This document shows, piece by piece, positions 1 to 8,962 of a DNA stretch of 64,000 nucleotides; positions within the stretch are counted from its first letter, which is position 1, and every line of letters starts with the position of its first letter. The notes under the pieces were generated by a model. It searched no databases. It saw nothing but the letters and a program-made list of their open reading frames with translations, and was not told the DNA's origin. Made by a program: the position numbers and the translations under genes. Source of the DNA: Deltaproteobacteria bacterium (GTDB lineage: Bacteria; Desulfobacterota; Binatia; UBA9968); contig SHYW01000001.1 of assembly GCA_009692615.1 (NCBI GenBank), forward strand, positions 14,348 through 78,347, in the 5' to 3' direction.

Positions 1-665
1 CTGAACTTTCCGGCGGCGCTGAGATCGTTAGGCGAAAATGTTTGCGCGGTTTTACGATTGCCGCGAGCCAACAGGGTCAGCGCAGTGTCGCCGGTGGCGA
101 TGGCGCGAAAGGCGCTGCGGCGATCTTCTAAATAAATTGCCTCGCTCCTGCTCTGCCAGTTGAAACTCTGTTCTTGCAGCGCCGCCATTACCGCGAAGCC
201 AAGCGGCGCTTCGCGCGCCAAGATCGCATCGCTCATGTCGAAGGGCGCGCCCAGTTTCTCTGCCTCGGCGGCGATGGCGATGCGTCCACTGGCGTTGTCG
301 TATGGGGTGAGTTGAGCAAGGCGGCGAAAATCGCTCAACGCTTTGGCGTAGTCGACGTTGTTGGCGAGCAGGCCGATACTTTTGTAGGCGCGCTCGACTT
401 GATTCAATGCAATCGGTTCCTGGGTTGCGATTGGATCGCCTGCGCTCGCTGAGCGGCCGAGGACGATGTCGCGTTTCAACGGTAGACCGCGAAAGCTCGC
501 GATGTCTTGGGCCAGGGCGGCGAACGCGGTGGGCGAAGCTTGGTTAGACTGGCGCGGTTCAGTAGCGATGCAGCTCGTCAGGGCGGCGAGCAAACAGGGT
601 ACGATAGTCCAAGTTAATAATGTGCGGGACGATGGCAGAAAAACTTGCCGGCTCGGATCATTCAC
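1..665 (-). CDS. Putative lipoprotein, partial (N-terminal ~220 aa in window, 3' end beyond window start)
   Basis: Minus-strand frame is open from the GTG at 665 down to position 1 with GC-rich third codon positions. N-terminus VNDPSRQVFLPSSRTLLTWTIVPCLLAALTSC has a signal peptide and a lipobox (LTSC). The start abuts the rlpA stop (TGA-GTG). The + strand ORFs 174..452 and 466..693 are antisense artefacts. Confidence 0.45.
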   Translation of the reverse strand, partial: MNDPSRQVFLPSSRTLLTWTIVPCLLAALTSCIATEPRQSNQASPTAFAALAQDIASFRGLPLKRDIVLGRSASAGDPIATQEPIALNQVERAYKSIGLLANNVDYAKALSDFRRLAQLTPYDNASGRIAIAAEAEKLGAPFDMSDAILAREAPLGFAVMAALQEQSFNWQSRSEAIYLEDRRSAFRAIATGDTALTLLARGNRKTAQTFSPNDLSAAGKF

Positions 666-1310
666 TCATTTCTCCATGATCACGACTGAATAGCCGGCTT
701 GGCTCACTTGACGCGCCTGCTCTTCGGCGGCGCCGCGGTTGGCAAAGTTGCCGAGATGGACGCGGTAGTAGGTGTTGTCTTTCGACTGCAAGGTGTTGAT
801 CGTCACGTTGGCGTAGGATTTGGCGAGACGCTCGCGCAGCTGCTGGGCATTTTCCAACTGTGTGAACGAACCCATCTGCAAGGTGTAGTCGAGTGACGAG
901 CGAATGGTCTCGATGCGCGTCGGGCTACCGAGGACATCGATGCGCACCAGCGCCGTGCCGGGGCCGACCATCTTGATCGATTGCGCCGCCGCGTAGGAGA
1001 GATCGATGATGCGATTCTTGGCAAACGGGCCGCGGTCGTTGACCAGCACTTCAGTCGTGCTGCCGTTTTCCAGATTGGTCACCATGACCTTGCTGCCCAG
1101 CGGCAGCGTCTGATGCGCCGCGGTGAGTTCGTTTTGATCGTAAATCTCGCCGCTGGCGGTGGCTTTGCCGTGAAAGCCGGGACCATACCAAGAAGCGATA
1201 CCGGTTTGGCTGACGCGACTGTCCGAAGTGGGCGGCGTTACTTTGGAGCCAGTTATCGAGCAGCCGGCGATTAGCGTCAGGGCGAGAAGGAAGAGTGTTC
1301 GGCGCATCAT
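666..1310 (-). CDS. rlpA: Septal ring lytic transglycosylase RlpA family lipoprotein (DPBB domain + C-terminal SPOR domain)
   Basis: Lipoprotein signal MMRRTLFLLALTLIAGC. DPBB motif GIASWYGPGFHGKATASGEIYD...NDRGPF. C-terminal SPOR-like region (YRVHLGNF...). The ORF-track start at 1358 probably over-extends; MMRR at ~1310 is the likely start. Confidence 0.8.
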   Translation of the reverse strand: MMRRTLFLLALTLIAGCSITGSKVTPPTSDSRVSQTGIASWYGPGFHGKATASGEIYDQNELTAAHQTLPLGSKVMVTNLENGSTTEVLVNDRGPFAKNRIIDLSYAAAQSIKMVGPGTALVRIDVLGSPTRIETIRSSLDYTLQMGSFTQLENAQQLRERLAKSYANVTINTLQSKDNTYYRVHLGNFANRGAAEEQARQVSQAGYSVVIMEK

Positions 1311-1533
1311 TTTTATCTCGACAAGAGTTTCTAAATTGCGGCTGGGGATTTGCTTCATTGCCGGGAGTATAGCGAAAAGCGCCGCGGGTGAAAAGTATTT
1401 TGCCAGTTAATCGTTATGCTGAGCAAATTATTTAAGCCGCGCGGTGCTCGTGGTCTCGACCGGCTTCGTGCTAGTTTACCCAAGCATGGCTTTGTGTTAG
1501 CGTACTCGCACCTTGAACAGGAGTGTCTAAAGT

Positions 1534-2280
1534 ATGTCGGGTCATTCGAAGTGGAGCACGATCAAGCATAAGAAGGCCGCCAAGGACGCCAAGCGGGGCA
1601 AGGTCTTCACCAAGTTGATCAAGGAAATCACCGTAGCGGCGCGCATGGGCGGCGGCGATATCAACGCCAATCCGAGATTGCGCACGGCGGTGTTGACCGC
1701 GCGCGGCAGCAGTATGCCGAGCGACAACATCGAGCGGGCGATCAAAAAAGGCACCGGCGAGTTGGAAGGGGTGACCTACGAAGAAATTCAATACGAAGGC
1801 TACGGCCCAGGCGGCGCGGCGATCATCGCCCAGGTTTTGACCGACAATAAGAATCGCACAGTCTCCGAGATCCGCCGGCTGTTCAGCAAGCATGGCGGCA
1901 ACATGGGTGAGACCGGCTGCGTGTCGTGGATGTTCGAGAAGAAAGGCATAATCGGCATCGACAAGTCGCAGATCGACGAGGATCGCTTGATGAGCATCGT
2001 GCTCGACGCCGGCGCCGAGGATGTGCGCGACGAAGATGAGATTTTCGAGGTCGTCACGCAGCCGGAAGACTTCGCCACGGTCAAAGAACGCTTGGATCAG
2101 GAAAAGATCGCCGTCACCAGCGCCCATGTGACCTTGGTGCCAAAAAATACCGTCGACATCGATGCCAAGCATGTCGAGCAGATTCTCAAACTCAGTGAAG
2201 AGCTGGAAGATCATGACGATGTCCAGAACGTGTCCGCCAATTTCAATATTTCCGACGAGCTGATTGAGAAGGTCAGCTAG
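1534..2280 (+). CDS. yebC: YebC/PmpR family DNA-binding transcriptional regulator
   Basis: [37 protein letters not shown] is the canonical YebC N-terminus. Lies upstream of ruvCAB as in many bacteria. Confidence 0.9.
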   Translation: MSGHSKWSTIKHKKAAKDAKRGKVFTKLIKEITVAARMGGGDINANPRLRTAVLTARGSSMPSDNIERAIKKGTGELEGVTYEEIQYEGYGPGGAAIIAQVLTDNKNRTVSEIRRLFSKHGGNMGETGCVSWMFEKKGIIGIDKSQIDEDRLMSIVLDAGAEDVRDEDEIFEVVTQPEDFATVKERLDQEKIAVTSAHVTLVPKNTVDIDAKHVEQILKLSEELEDHDDVQNVSANFNISDELIEKVS

Positions 2281-2285
2281 CCCAA

Positions 2286-2855
2286 GTGGCCGACGCGACG
2301 AAGCAAGAGCCGCCGCGCATCATTCTCGGCATCGACCCAGGCACGGTCATCACCGGCTGGGGCGTGGTTCAGGTGATCGGCAGTGCTTTGCGCCATGCCG
2401 GCCACGGTACGATCAATTCTTCCCAAGCCGAGCCCCAAGCGGTGCGCTTGAGCCGGATTTTTAACGGCTTGACCAAAGTGTTGCGCGAGTACCAGCCAGA
2501 CGGCGTCAGTCTGGAGAAAGTGTTCTTCGCCCTCAACGTTCAGAGCGCATTAAAATTGGGCCAGGCGCGCGGTGTGGCGTTGCTCGCCGCGGCCGAACAG
2601 GGAATCGACGTCCACGAATATGCCGCGGTGGAGATTAAATCGGCGGTGGTCGGTAACGGCCACGCGACCAAGCAGCAGGTGCAAATGATGATCGGTTCGC
2701 TGCTGCGCGTGTCGGGGCGAGTCCCGGTGGATGCGGCCGATGCCTTGGCTGCGGCGATCTGTCATCTCAACCGGCAGAACTTCCAAGCCCGCGTGGCCGA
2801 GGCGCTGCCGAAGCGGCCGACGCCGATTCGTCCGCGCGGTACGCGCGTGCGTTAG
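2286..2855 (+). CDS. ruvC: Crossover junction endodeoxyribonuclease RuvC
   Basis: ILGIDPGTVITGWGVV start, RuvC catalytic Asp/Glu pattern, position in ruv operon. Confidence 0.9.
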   Translation: MADATKQEPPRIILGIDPGTVITGWGVVQVIGSALRHAGHGTINSSQAEPQAVRLSRIFNGLTKVLREYQPDGVSLEKVFFALNVQSALKLGQARGVALLAAAEQGIDVHEYAAVEIKSAVVGNGHATKQQVQMMIGSLLRVSGRVPVDAADALAAAICHLNRQNFQARVAEALPKRPTPIRPRGTRVR

Positions 2856-2878
2856 CGTTAACTTAGCGACCGCGTCTT

Positions 2879-3499
2879 TTGCGCGGTGCAACCTCTTTTA
2901 CCATCGTGATCGCACAAATCAGCGGCCAGCTGGCGCAAAAACTTCCCGGTGAGATCGTCGTCGATGTCGGCGGCGTCGGCTATCAAGTGTTCATCCCGCT
3001 AAACGTCTTTTACCGGCTGCCGGAGATCGGCGCCGACATCAAATTGCAGATCCACACCCATGTGCGCGAGGATTCCTTGCAGCTGTTCGGCTTTCACGAT
3101 GTCGGCGAGAAGCAAGTTTTTTTGCTGCTCACCAGCGTCTCGGGCATCGGCCCCAAGCTGGCGCTGAATATTCTTTCCGGCATTCCCGCCGATGATTTGG
3201 CGCGGGCGCTCAAGGACGGCGATCAAGTGCGCTTGGTGGCGATCCCCGGCGTCGGCAAAAAACTCGCCGAGCGGATGATCGTCGAGCTCAAGGACAAATT
3301 CGCCTCCCTAGCGCCGTTTACGCTCGACGTGCCGAAGTCGGCGGTCGCCTCGCAGCTGCTGCTCGACGCGGTTTCCGCCCTGGTCAATCTGGGCTATAAA
3401 AAACCTGACGCGGAAAAATATGTCGGCGATGCGCTCAAGAGCGGCCACCACACGTTGGAAAGCGTCTTGAAAGAGACCTTGCGCCGGCTGAGCTTTTAA
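2879..3499 (+). CDS. ruvA: Holliday junction branch migration protein RuvA
   Basis: IAQISGQL...[14 protein letters not shown] and HhH motifs [29 protein letters not shown]. The true start may be the GTG at ~2906. Confidence 0.9.
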   Translation: MRGATSFTIVIAQISGQLAQKLPGEIVVDVGGVGYQVFIPLNVFYRLPEIGADIKLQIHTHVREDSLQLFGFHDVGEKQVFLLLTSVSGIGPKLALNILSGIPADDLARALKDGDQVRLVAIPGVGKKLAERMIVELKDKFASLAPFTLDVPKSAVASQLLLDAVSALVNLGYKKPDAEKYVGDALKSGHHTLESVLKETLRRLSF

Positions 3500-3516
3500 C
3501 TATTGTAGTTCTATTC

Positions 3517-4536
3517 ATGCAAGACGGTGAGCGCACTGACGAAGATTTGGGTTTTGAGCTGAGCCTTAGGCCGCGCGGCTTCGACGAATACGTCGGCCAA
3601 GAGCAGGTCAAGGAGAATCTCAAAGTCGCCATCGCCGCGGCCAAGGGGCGACACGATGTGCTCGACCATCTGCTCTTTCACGGCCCGCCGGGGTTGGGCA
3701 AAACTTCGCTGGCTTATATCATCGCCAGAGAAATGGGCGTGAATATCAAAGCGACCTCCGGTCCGGTGGTCGAACGGGCCGGCGATCTGGCGGCGCTGCT
3801 GACCAATCTCGAGGATGGCGACATTCTTTTCATCGACGAGATTCATCGCCTCAATCACGTTGTCGAAGAAGTCCTCTATCCGGCGATGGAGGACTATCAG
3901 ATCGATCTGATGATCGGCCAGGGGCCGGCGGCGCGTTCGATCAAGCTCGATTTGAAACGCTTCACTCTGATCGGCGCGACCACGCGCTCGGGGCTTTTGA
4001 CCTCGCCGCTGCGCGATCGCTTCGGCCATATTCATCGCTTGGATTTCTACGATGCCACCGCTCTGACGCGGATTCTCAAACGCTCGGCGGCGATTCTCAG
4101 CGTCGCCGAAGAGGGCGACGGCATCGCCGAAATCGCCGCGCGCTCGCGCGGCACGCCGCGCATCGCCAATCGCTTGCTGCGCCGGGTGCGCGACTACGCC
4201 CAGGTCAAAGGCCGCGGCATCATCACAAAGAACATCACCGACGAGGCGCTGCGCATGTTGGCGGTCGACCATCTCGGTTTGGATAAGATGGATACCATGC
4301 TGCTCTTGACGCTGATCGACAAGTTCGCCGGCGGCCCGGTAGGAGTTGAGACCTTGGCCGCCGCCATCGGCGAAGAGCGCGATACGATCGAAGATGTTTA
4401 CGAGCCGTTTTTGATTCAGGCCGGCTTCATCCAGCGCACGCCGCGTGGGCGCATGGCGACGGTGTTGGCCTACGAACACTTCGGCCGCCAGCAGGGCGCC
4501 GCGCCGGCGCCGAAAAAACAACCGACGCTGTTTTGA
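3517..4536 (+). CDS. ruvB: Holliday junction branch migration DNA helicase RuvB
   Basis: Walker [16 protein letters not shown], Walker [11 protein letters not shown], RuvB C-terminal winged helix. Confidence 0.95.
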   Translation: MQDGERTDEDLGFELSLRPRGFDEYVGQEQVKENLKVAIAAAKGRHDVLDHLLFHGPPGLGKTSLAYIIAREMGVNIKATSGPVVERAGDLAALLTNLEDGDILFIDEIHRLNHVVEEVLYPAMEDYQIDLMIGQGPAARSIKLDLKRFTLIGATTRSGLLTSPLRDRFGHIHRLDFYDATALTRILKRSAAILSVAEEGDGIAEIAARSRGTPRIANRLLRRVRDYAQVKGRGIITKNITDEALRMLAVDHLGLDKMDTMLLLTLIDKFAGGPVGVETLAAAIGEERDTIEDVYEPFLIQAGFIQRTPRGRMATVLAYEHFGRQQGAAPAPKKQPTLF

Positions 4537-4554
4537 TGATCGTGGGAGTGGGCG

Positions 4555-4776
4555 ATGGCAGGATTGGGCAGATTGCTAATTTATCTGGGCTTGGCTGTGG
4601 CCGGCGTCGGGTTGTTATTATCGTTCGCGTCAAGGCTGCCGTGGCTGCGCTGGCTCGGCCATTTGCCCGGCGATATCGCCATCGAGCGCGAGAATTTTTC
4701 TTTTTACTTTCCCTTGGTCAGTTGTATGCTTGTCAGCGCGATCATTTCGCTGATCGTTTATTGGGTCAAAAGGTAG
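4555..4776 (+). CDS. DUF2905 family small membrane protein
   Basis: 73 aa with two TM segments and the motif GHLPGDIAIERENFSFYFPL typical of DUF2905. Confidence 0.6.
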   Translation: MAGLGRLLIYLGLAVAGVGLLLSFASRLPWLRWLGHLPGDIAIERENFSFYFPLVSCMLVSAIISLIVYWVKR

Positions 4777-4802
4777 TCCCACTGTTGAGCTAGGCCGAGC
4801 CG

Positions 4803-7043
4803 ATGGAAGCTGCAAGTCCGGTAAATAACGTGGAGCAATCCCGCAAATTCGAAGAAACCAAGCGCCGTAGGCGCGAGGCCGTCGTCATTTTCGTGACCAC
4901 CGTCATCTTGGTGGCGCTGATTTATTTCGAAGTGCAGTTGCCCGAGGTCGTGCCGGAATATACCCTGGGCAGCAATATCGTTTTCTTTCTGGTGATCAAC
5001 GTCACGATCATCCTGCTTGGCTTGCTGGTGTTCTTAGTCGTACGCAATGTCGTCAAGCTGGTCTTCGAGCGTAGACGGGGCATCCTCGGTTCGAGATTGC
5101 AGAGCCGTCTGGTCATCGCGTTCGTCGGCTTGTCCTTGGTACCCTGCGTGCTGCTATTCGTCATCGCCGGCGGTCTGCTGACCCGGTCCTTCGACCGTTG
5201 GTTCGACATCAAAGTCGAGAGCGCGCTTCAAGGTTCGTTGGAAATCAGCCAGACCTACTATCAAAATTCCGCCAACAACGCGATTTTTTACTCGCGCCAG
5301 TTGAGCCGGGCGATTAGCCGCGAACGATTGTTCACCGCCGATAACGCCGCGCAGCTGAAAGAATTCATCGAACGTAAGCAGAAAGAATATAATCTTGGCA
5401 CGGTGACGCTTTATTCCCCCGACGGCCGATCCTTTGCGGTGGCGTTCAACGAGCGGGTGCCCACTGGCGTCACGGTGAAACCGGCGGGGGATTTACTGAC
5501 CCGGGCGCTGCGCGGTCTCGATGGCGCCAGCACGCAGGTGTTCGGCGACGCCGATGTGATTCGCGGCGCGGCGCCGATCTATGGCGACGAGAAACGGATT
5601 ATCGGCGCGGTGGTGGTCGACTACTTCGTGCCCAAGAGCGTCAGCAAGCGGGCGTCGCAAATCTCGCAATCCTATGAGAATTATAAATACCTGAGCTTCC
5701 TCAAGACCCCGGTGAAAAACAGCTATATCCTAACGCTGTTTTTGATGACGTTGGTGTTGGTGCTGGTGGCGACTTGGTGCGGCATTTATCTGTCGCGCGG
5801 GATCATCGTGCCGATTCAAAAACTCGCCGAGGGCACCCATGAGGTGGCCCAGGGCAATTGGGATTATCAGATCGAGTCGGGCGGCGACGACGAGCTCGGC
5901 GTGCTGATGAACTCGTTCAATCATATGACCGGCGATCTGAAGCAGATCAAGCTCGAACTGGAACGGCGCGGAAAAGCGGTGGAAATGTTGCTCGCCAACA
6001 TCGCCGCCGGGGTTGTGTCGGTGGATACGGCGGGCAAGATCACCACCTGGAATAAAGCCGCGGAAAAGGTTTTGGGTGTCGCGGCGCTAGACGCCATGGG
6101 CAAACATTATCAAGAAGTCTTCCGCGCCGAAGGTCTGGGGACGATACGCGAGATCGTCGAAACCATCGAGAACGTTTCCGGGCCGCGCAGCATCGAGCGC
6201 GAGATCAAGATTCCGTCGGCCCAACAGGTGCTCACGGCGGTGGTCAGCGCCGCGACGCTGCGCGACGACGCCGAGCTGACCCTCGGCATCATGATTTTCC
6301 TAGAGGACATTACCGAAATTAAAAAAGTCCAGCGCATGGAAGCCTGGCGCGAAGTGGCCCAGCGCATCGCCCATGAGATCAAAAACCCGCTGACGCCGAT
6401 CCAGCTTTCCGCCGAACGCCTGCGCAAGCGCTACTCCGAACTGCTCAAAGAGGACGGCGCGATTCTCGACAAGTGCACCACCACGATCATTCAACAGGTC
6501 GACGAGCTGAAAAATCTGGTCAACGAATTTTCCCAGTTCGCGCGCTTGCCATCGGCGCAGCTGTTGTCCAACGATCTCAACGAGGTTGTCAACGAAGCGT
6601 TGTTTCTGTTCAAGGAAGGGCACAACGGCATCGACTTTGAGTTTCGCGGCGGGGTGATTCCGCCGGTGGAAATCGACCGCGAGCAGATCAAGCGCGTACT
6701 GATCAATTTGCTCGACAACGCGGTGGCGGCGGTGCAGGGCGGCGGCGCGATCAAGCTGGCGACGGTGTATGATCCACGGCGTGCCGTGGTGACCCTGGAT
6801 GTCGCCGACGACGGTTGCGGCTTGGCGCCGGACAGCCGCGCGAAAATTTTCGAGCCTTACTTTTCGACTAAGCACAACGGCACGGGACTTGGGCTCACCA
6901 TCGTCAGCCAAATCATCGAGGACCATCGCGGCTACATTCGCGCCCTGCCGAATCAGCCGCGCGGCACGCGTTTTACCATCGAGTTGCCGGCGGCCAACGG
7001 CGCCGGGCCGCTCGATTCGGCGAAAAAAGTGTTACACTCATAA
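4803..7043 (+). CDS. NtrY-like sensor histidine kinase (multi-TM sensor, HAMP, PAS, HisKA, HATPase_c)
   Basis: Three N-terminal TM helices, a ~200 aa extracytoplasmic region and a fourth TM. HAMP (IVPIQKLAEGTHEVAQGNWDYQIE). PAS (LLANIAAGVVSVDTAGKITTWNKAAEKVLGV). H-box HEIKNPLTPIQLSAERLRKR. G1/G2 boxes DDGCGL...GTGLGLTIV. Confidence 0.8.
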   Translation: MEAASPVNNVEQSRKFEETKRRRREAVVIFVTTVILVALIYFEVQLPEVVPEYTLGSNIVFFLVINVTIILLGLLVFLVVRNVVKLVFERRRGILGSRLQSRLVIAFVGLSLVPCVLLFVIAGGLLTRSFDRWFDIKVESALQGSLEISQTYYQNSANNAIFYSRQLSRAISRERLFTADNAAQLKEFIERKQKEYNLGTVTLYSPDGRSFAVAFNERVPTGVTVKPAGDLLTRALRGLDGASTQVFGDADVIRGAAPIYGDEKRIIGAVVVDYFVPKSVSKRASQISQSYENYKYLSFLKTPVKNSYILTLFLMTLVLVLVATWCGIYLSRGIIVPIQKLAEGTHEVAQGNWDYQIESGGDDELGVLMNSFNHMTGDLKQIKLELERRGKAVEMLLANIAAGVVSVDTAGKITTWNKAAEKVLGVAALDAMGKHYQEVFRAEGLGTIREIVETIENVSGPRSIEREIKIPSAQQVLTAVVSAATLRDDAELTLGIMIFLEDITEIKKVQRMEAWREVAQRIAHEIKNPLTPIQLSAERLRKRYSELLKEDGAILDKCTTTIIQQVDELKNLVNEFSQFARLPSAQLLSNDLNEVVNEALFLFKEGHNGIDFEFRGGVIPPVEIDREQIKRVLINLLDNAVAAVQGGGAIKLATVYDPRRAVVTLDVADDGCGLAPDSRAKIFEPYFSTKHNGTGLGLTIVSQIIEDHRGYIRALPNQPRGTRFTIELPAANGAGPLDSAKKVLHS

Positions 7044-7061
7044 GCGGAGTCAGGAGGGCGG

Positions 7062-8342
7062 GTGCAAGAAATTCTGCTGCAAAAGACCATTTTGGTCGTC
7101 GACGACGAGGACGGCGTGCGCGAATCGGTGTGCGAAGTCTTGAGCGACGAAGGTTATCGCGTCGTCGATACCGCCGACGGCACGCGGGTGATGGAAATGA
7201 TTCGCAAAGAAAAGCCCGAGTTGGTTTTGCTCGACATTTGGATGCCGCAGGTGGACGGCATCGGACTCCTCAAGGAAATCAAAAGCCAGGAGCCCGATAT
7301 CAACGTCGTGATGGTTTCCGGCCACGGCAACATTCATACCGCGGTGACGGCGACCAAATATGGCGCCTTCGATTTCATCGAGAAGCCGGTTTCGTTGGAC
7401 GGCCTGCTGGCCACGGTGCAGCGCGCGCTGGGCGAGTTGCCCGGCGCCCGCGAGCAAAAAAAGCTCCGCGTGCACAAAGCCAAGAGCGTGAAGGCGGCGA
7501 AGAATAGTTCGCCGACGGTGAAGCAGCGGACTTTGAAAAAGAGCGTCGTACTCTCGGGCCAGGGACTCCATTCGGGGGTCAAGAGCGGTTTGATCTTGCA
7601 TCCCTTGCCGCCCAACAGCGGTATTCAATTCACCGGCATCTCCGCCGAGGTTCGGGTGCCGGCGCATTTGGATTATGTCGGCTCCACCGGTTACGCCACT
7701 TCGCTGCGCTCGAAAGGTTTCGCCGTCGGCACGGTGGAGCATTTGCTGGCGGCGTTGCACAGCTACGGCATCACCAACCTATTGATCAAAGTGCAGGGCG
7801 AAGTGCCGATCATGGACGGCTCGGCGTTGGACTTCGCCCAGTCCATCGAAGAAGCGGGCATCGATGAGGAAGACGCCGAGTTGGCACCCATCGTCATCGA
7901 GCGGCGCTATCAGGTTGACGCCGAGGGCGGCGAATCGATCGCCATCGAGCCCGCCGAAGCTTTGTCGGTGCGCTACCTCATGCGTTATCCGGCGCCGGTG
8001 GGGGAGCAGGAATACACCTATCACCATCGCGATGCGGCGTCGTTCAAAAATGAAATCGCGCCGGCGCGCACTTTCGCTTTTCTCCGCGACATCGCCAAGC
8101 TGCAAACCATGGGCTTGGCTAATGGCGGGCGGTTGAGCAATTTTATCCTCATCGACGACGAAAAAATCGTCAACACGGAACTGCGTTTTCCCGAGGAATT
8201 CGCGCGCCATAAAATATTGGACATCCTCGGCGATTTCTATTTGCTCGGCCGGCCGATTCGCGGCGCGATCACCGCGCGCATGACCGGCCACTCGGACAAC
8301 ATCGCGTTGCTGCGGCAAATCCGCGAAGCGATGAAACTCTAA
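7062..8342 (+). CDS. lpxC: Response regulator receiver domain fused to UDP-3-O-acyl-N-acetylglucosamine deacetylase (REC-LpxC fusion)
   Basis: GTG start preceded by AGGAGG. Residues 1-125 form a CheY-like REC domain (VVDDEDG, LLDIWMPQVDG, VVMVSGHG, FIEKPV). A K-rich linker follows. From ~152 a full LpxC begins (VKQRTLKK.. as in E. coli MIKQRTLK) with GLHSG, TVEHLLAAL (E78/H79), PIMDGSA, HKILDILGD (H238/K239/D242/D246) and TGHSDN (H265). Open reading frame is continuous with no stop. Confidence 0.8.
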   Translation: MQEILLQKTILVVDDEDGVRESVCEVLSDEGYRVVDTADGTRVMEMIRKEKPELVLLDIWMPQVDGIGLLKEIKSQEPDINVVMVSGHGNIHTAVTATKYGAFDFIEKPVSLDGLLATVQRALGELPGAREQKKLRVHKAKSVKAAKNSSPTVKQRTLKKSVVLSGQGLHSGVKSGLILHPLPPNSGIQFTGISAEVRVPAHLDYVGSTGYATSLRSKGFAVGTVEHLLAALHSYGITNLLIKVQGEVPIMDGSALDFAQSIEEAGIDEEDAELAPIVIERRYQVDAEGGESIAIEPAEALSVRYLMRYPAPVGEQEYTYHHRDAASFKNEIAPARTFAFLRDIAKLQTMGLANGGRLSNFILIDDEKIVNTELRFPEEFARHKILDILGDFYLLGRPIRGAITARMTGHSDNIALLRQIREAMKL

Positions 8343-8365
8343 CCCGCTAGACGAAAGACCGCACG

Positions 8366-8815
8366 ATGGACTCCAGCGCCCAGTATCAAAAACTTTTTAC
8401 CATCAACGAAGCCAACGAACTGCTGCCGATCGTGCGGCCGTTGGTGGAGCGGATCTTGGATAACATTCGGCGCTTGAAACGCGCCAGCGAAACTGTGATT
8501 CGCACCCAGCAGCTCGATCCCGAAGCGCCGGACCTGATGAAACATCTGCATGCCGACGATGAGATCGCCCGGCTTGTCGGCGAAGTGCAGCAGTGGGTTG
8601 ACACCATCAACGGTCATGGTTGCCAGTGTAAAGGCGTGGAGCAAGGATTGATCGACTTTCCCTGCGTCTACGGCGCCGAGGTGGTGTTTTTATGCTGGCA
8701 GCTGGGCGAACCGAGCGTGAGTTTTTGGCATCGCATCGAGGACGGCTTCGCGGGCCGCAAACCGCTACTCGACGGCGAGGAGGCCGAGCCCGACAGCGGC
8801 ACGTCGATTCATTAG
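8366..8815 (+). CDS. DUF2203 domain-containing protein
   Basis: FTINEANELLPIVRPLVERI ... GLIDFPCVYGAEVVFLCWQLGEPSVSFWH fits the DUF2203 family pattern. Confidence 0.55.
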   Translation: MDSSAQYQKLFTINEANELLPIVRPLVERILDNIRRLKRASETVIRTQQLDPEAPDLMKHLHADDEIARLVGEVQQWVDTINGHGCQCKGVEQGLIDFPCVYGAEVVFLCWQLGEPSVSFWHRIEDGFAGRKPLLDGEEAEPDSGTSIH

Positions 8816-8840
8816 GTCAGCCGGAGGTTTCTCGTTTTCC

Positions 8841-8947
8841 GATCATCCCCCTTTGAAAAAGGGGGACCGAGGGGGATTTGAATTCTGCGCGGGTAAAAAA
8901 CTACTGAAGAAAATCCCCCCTTCCCCCCTTTTTCAAAGGGGGGATCG
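8841..8947. repeat. Intergenic inverted-repeat element: two ~37 bp arms, each itself a CCCCCTTTGAAAAAGGGGG-type hairpin
   Basis: Left arm GATCATCCCCCTTTGAAAAAGGGGGACCGAGGGGGATTT (8841..8879). Right arm AAATCCCCCCTTCCCCCCTTTTTCAAAGGGGGGATCG (8911..8947) is its near reverse complement. Lies between DUF2203 and queG. Generates the spurious ORF 8812..9063 (PPFSKGDD / PFEKGGKGGF). Confidence 0.7.
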
Positions 8948-8962
8948 TTCAATAGTAAATCT

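Noticed and set aside
174-693. + strand ORFs 174..452 and 466..693
   Set aside because: Antisense to a longer, compositionally better minus-strand lipoprotein frame that continues off the window. Typical high-GC shadow ORFs.
3511-4521. 336-aa minus-strand ORF antisense to ruvB, and similar long antisense ORFs opposite other genes (e.g. 1471..2214, 16676..17743, 21298..21972)
   Set aside because: Shadow ORFs typical of high-GC DNA. The sense-strand genes have clear homology and the expected operon context.
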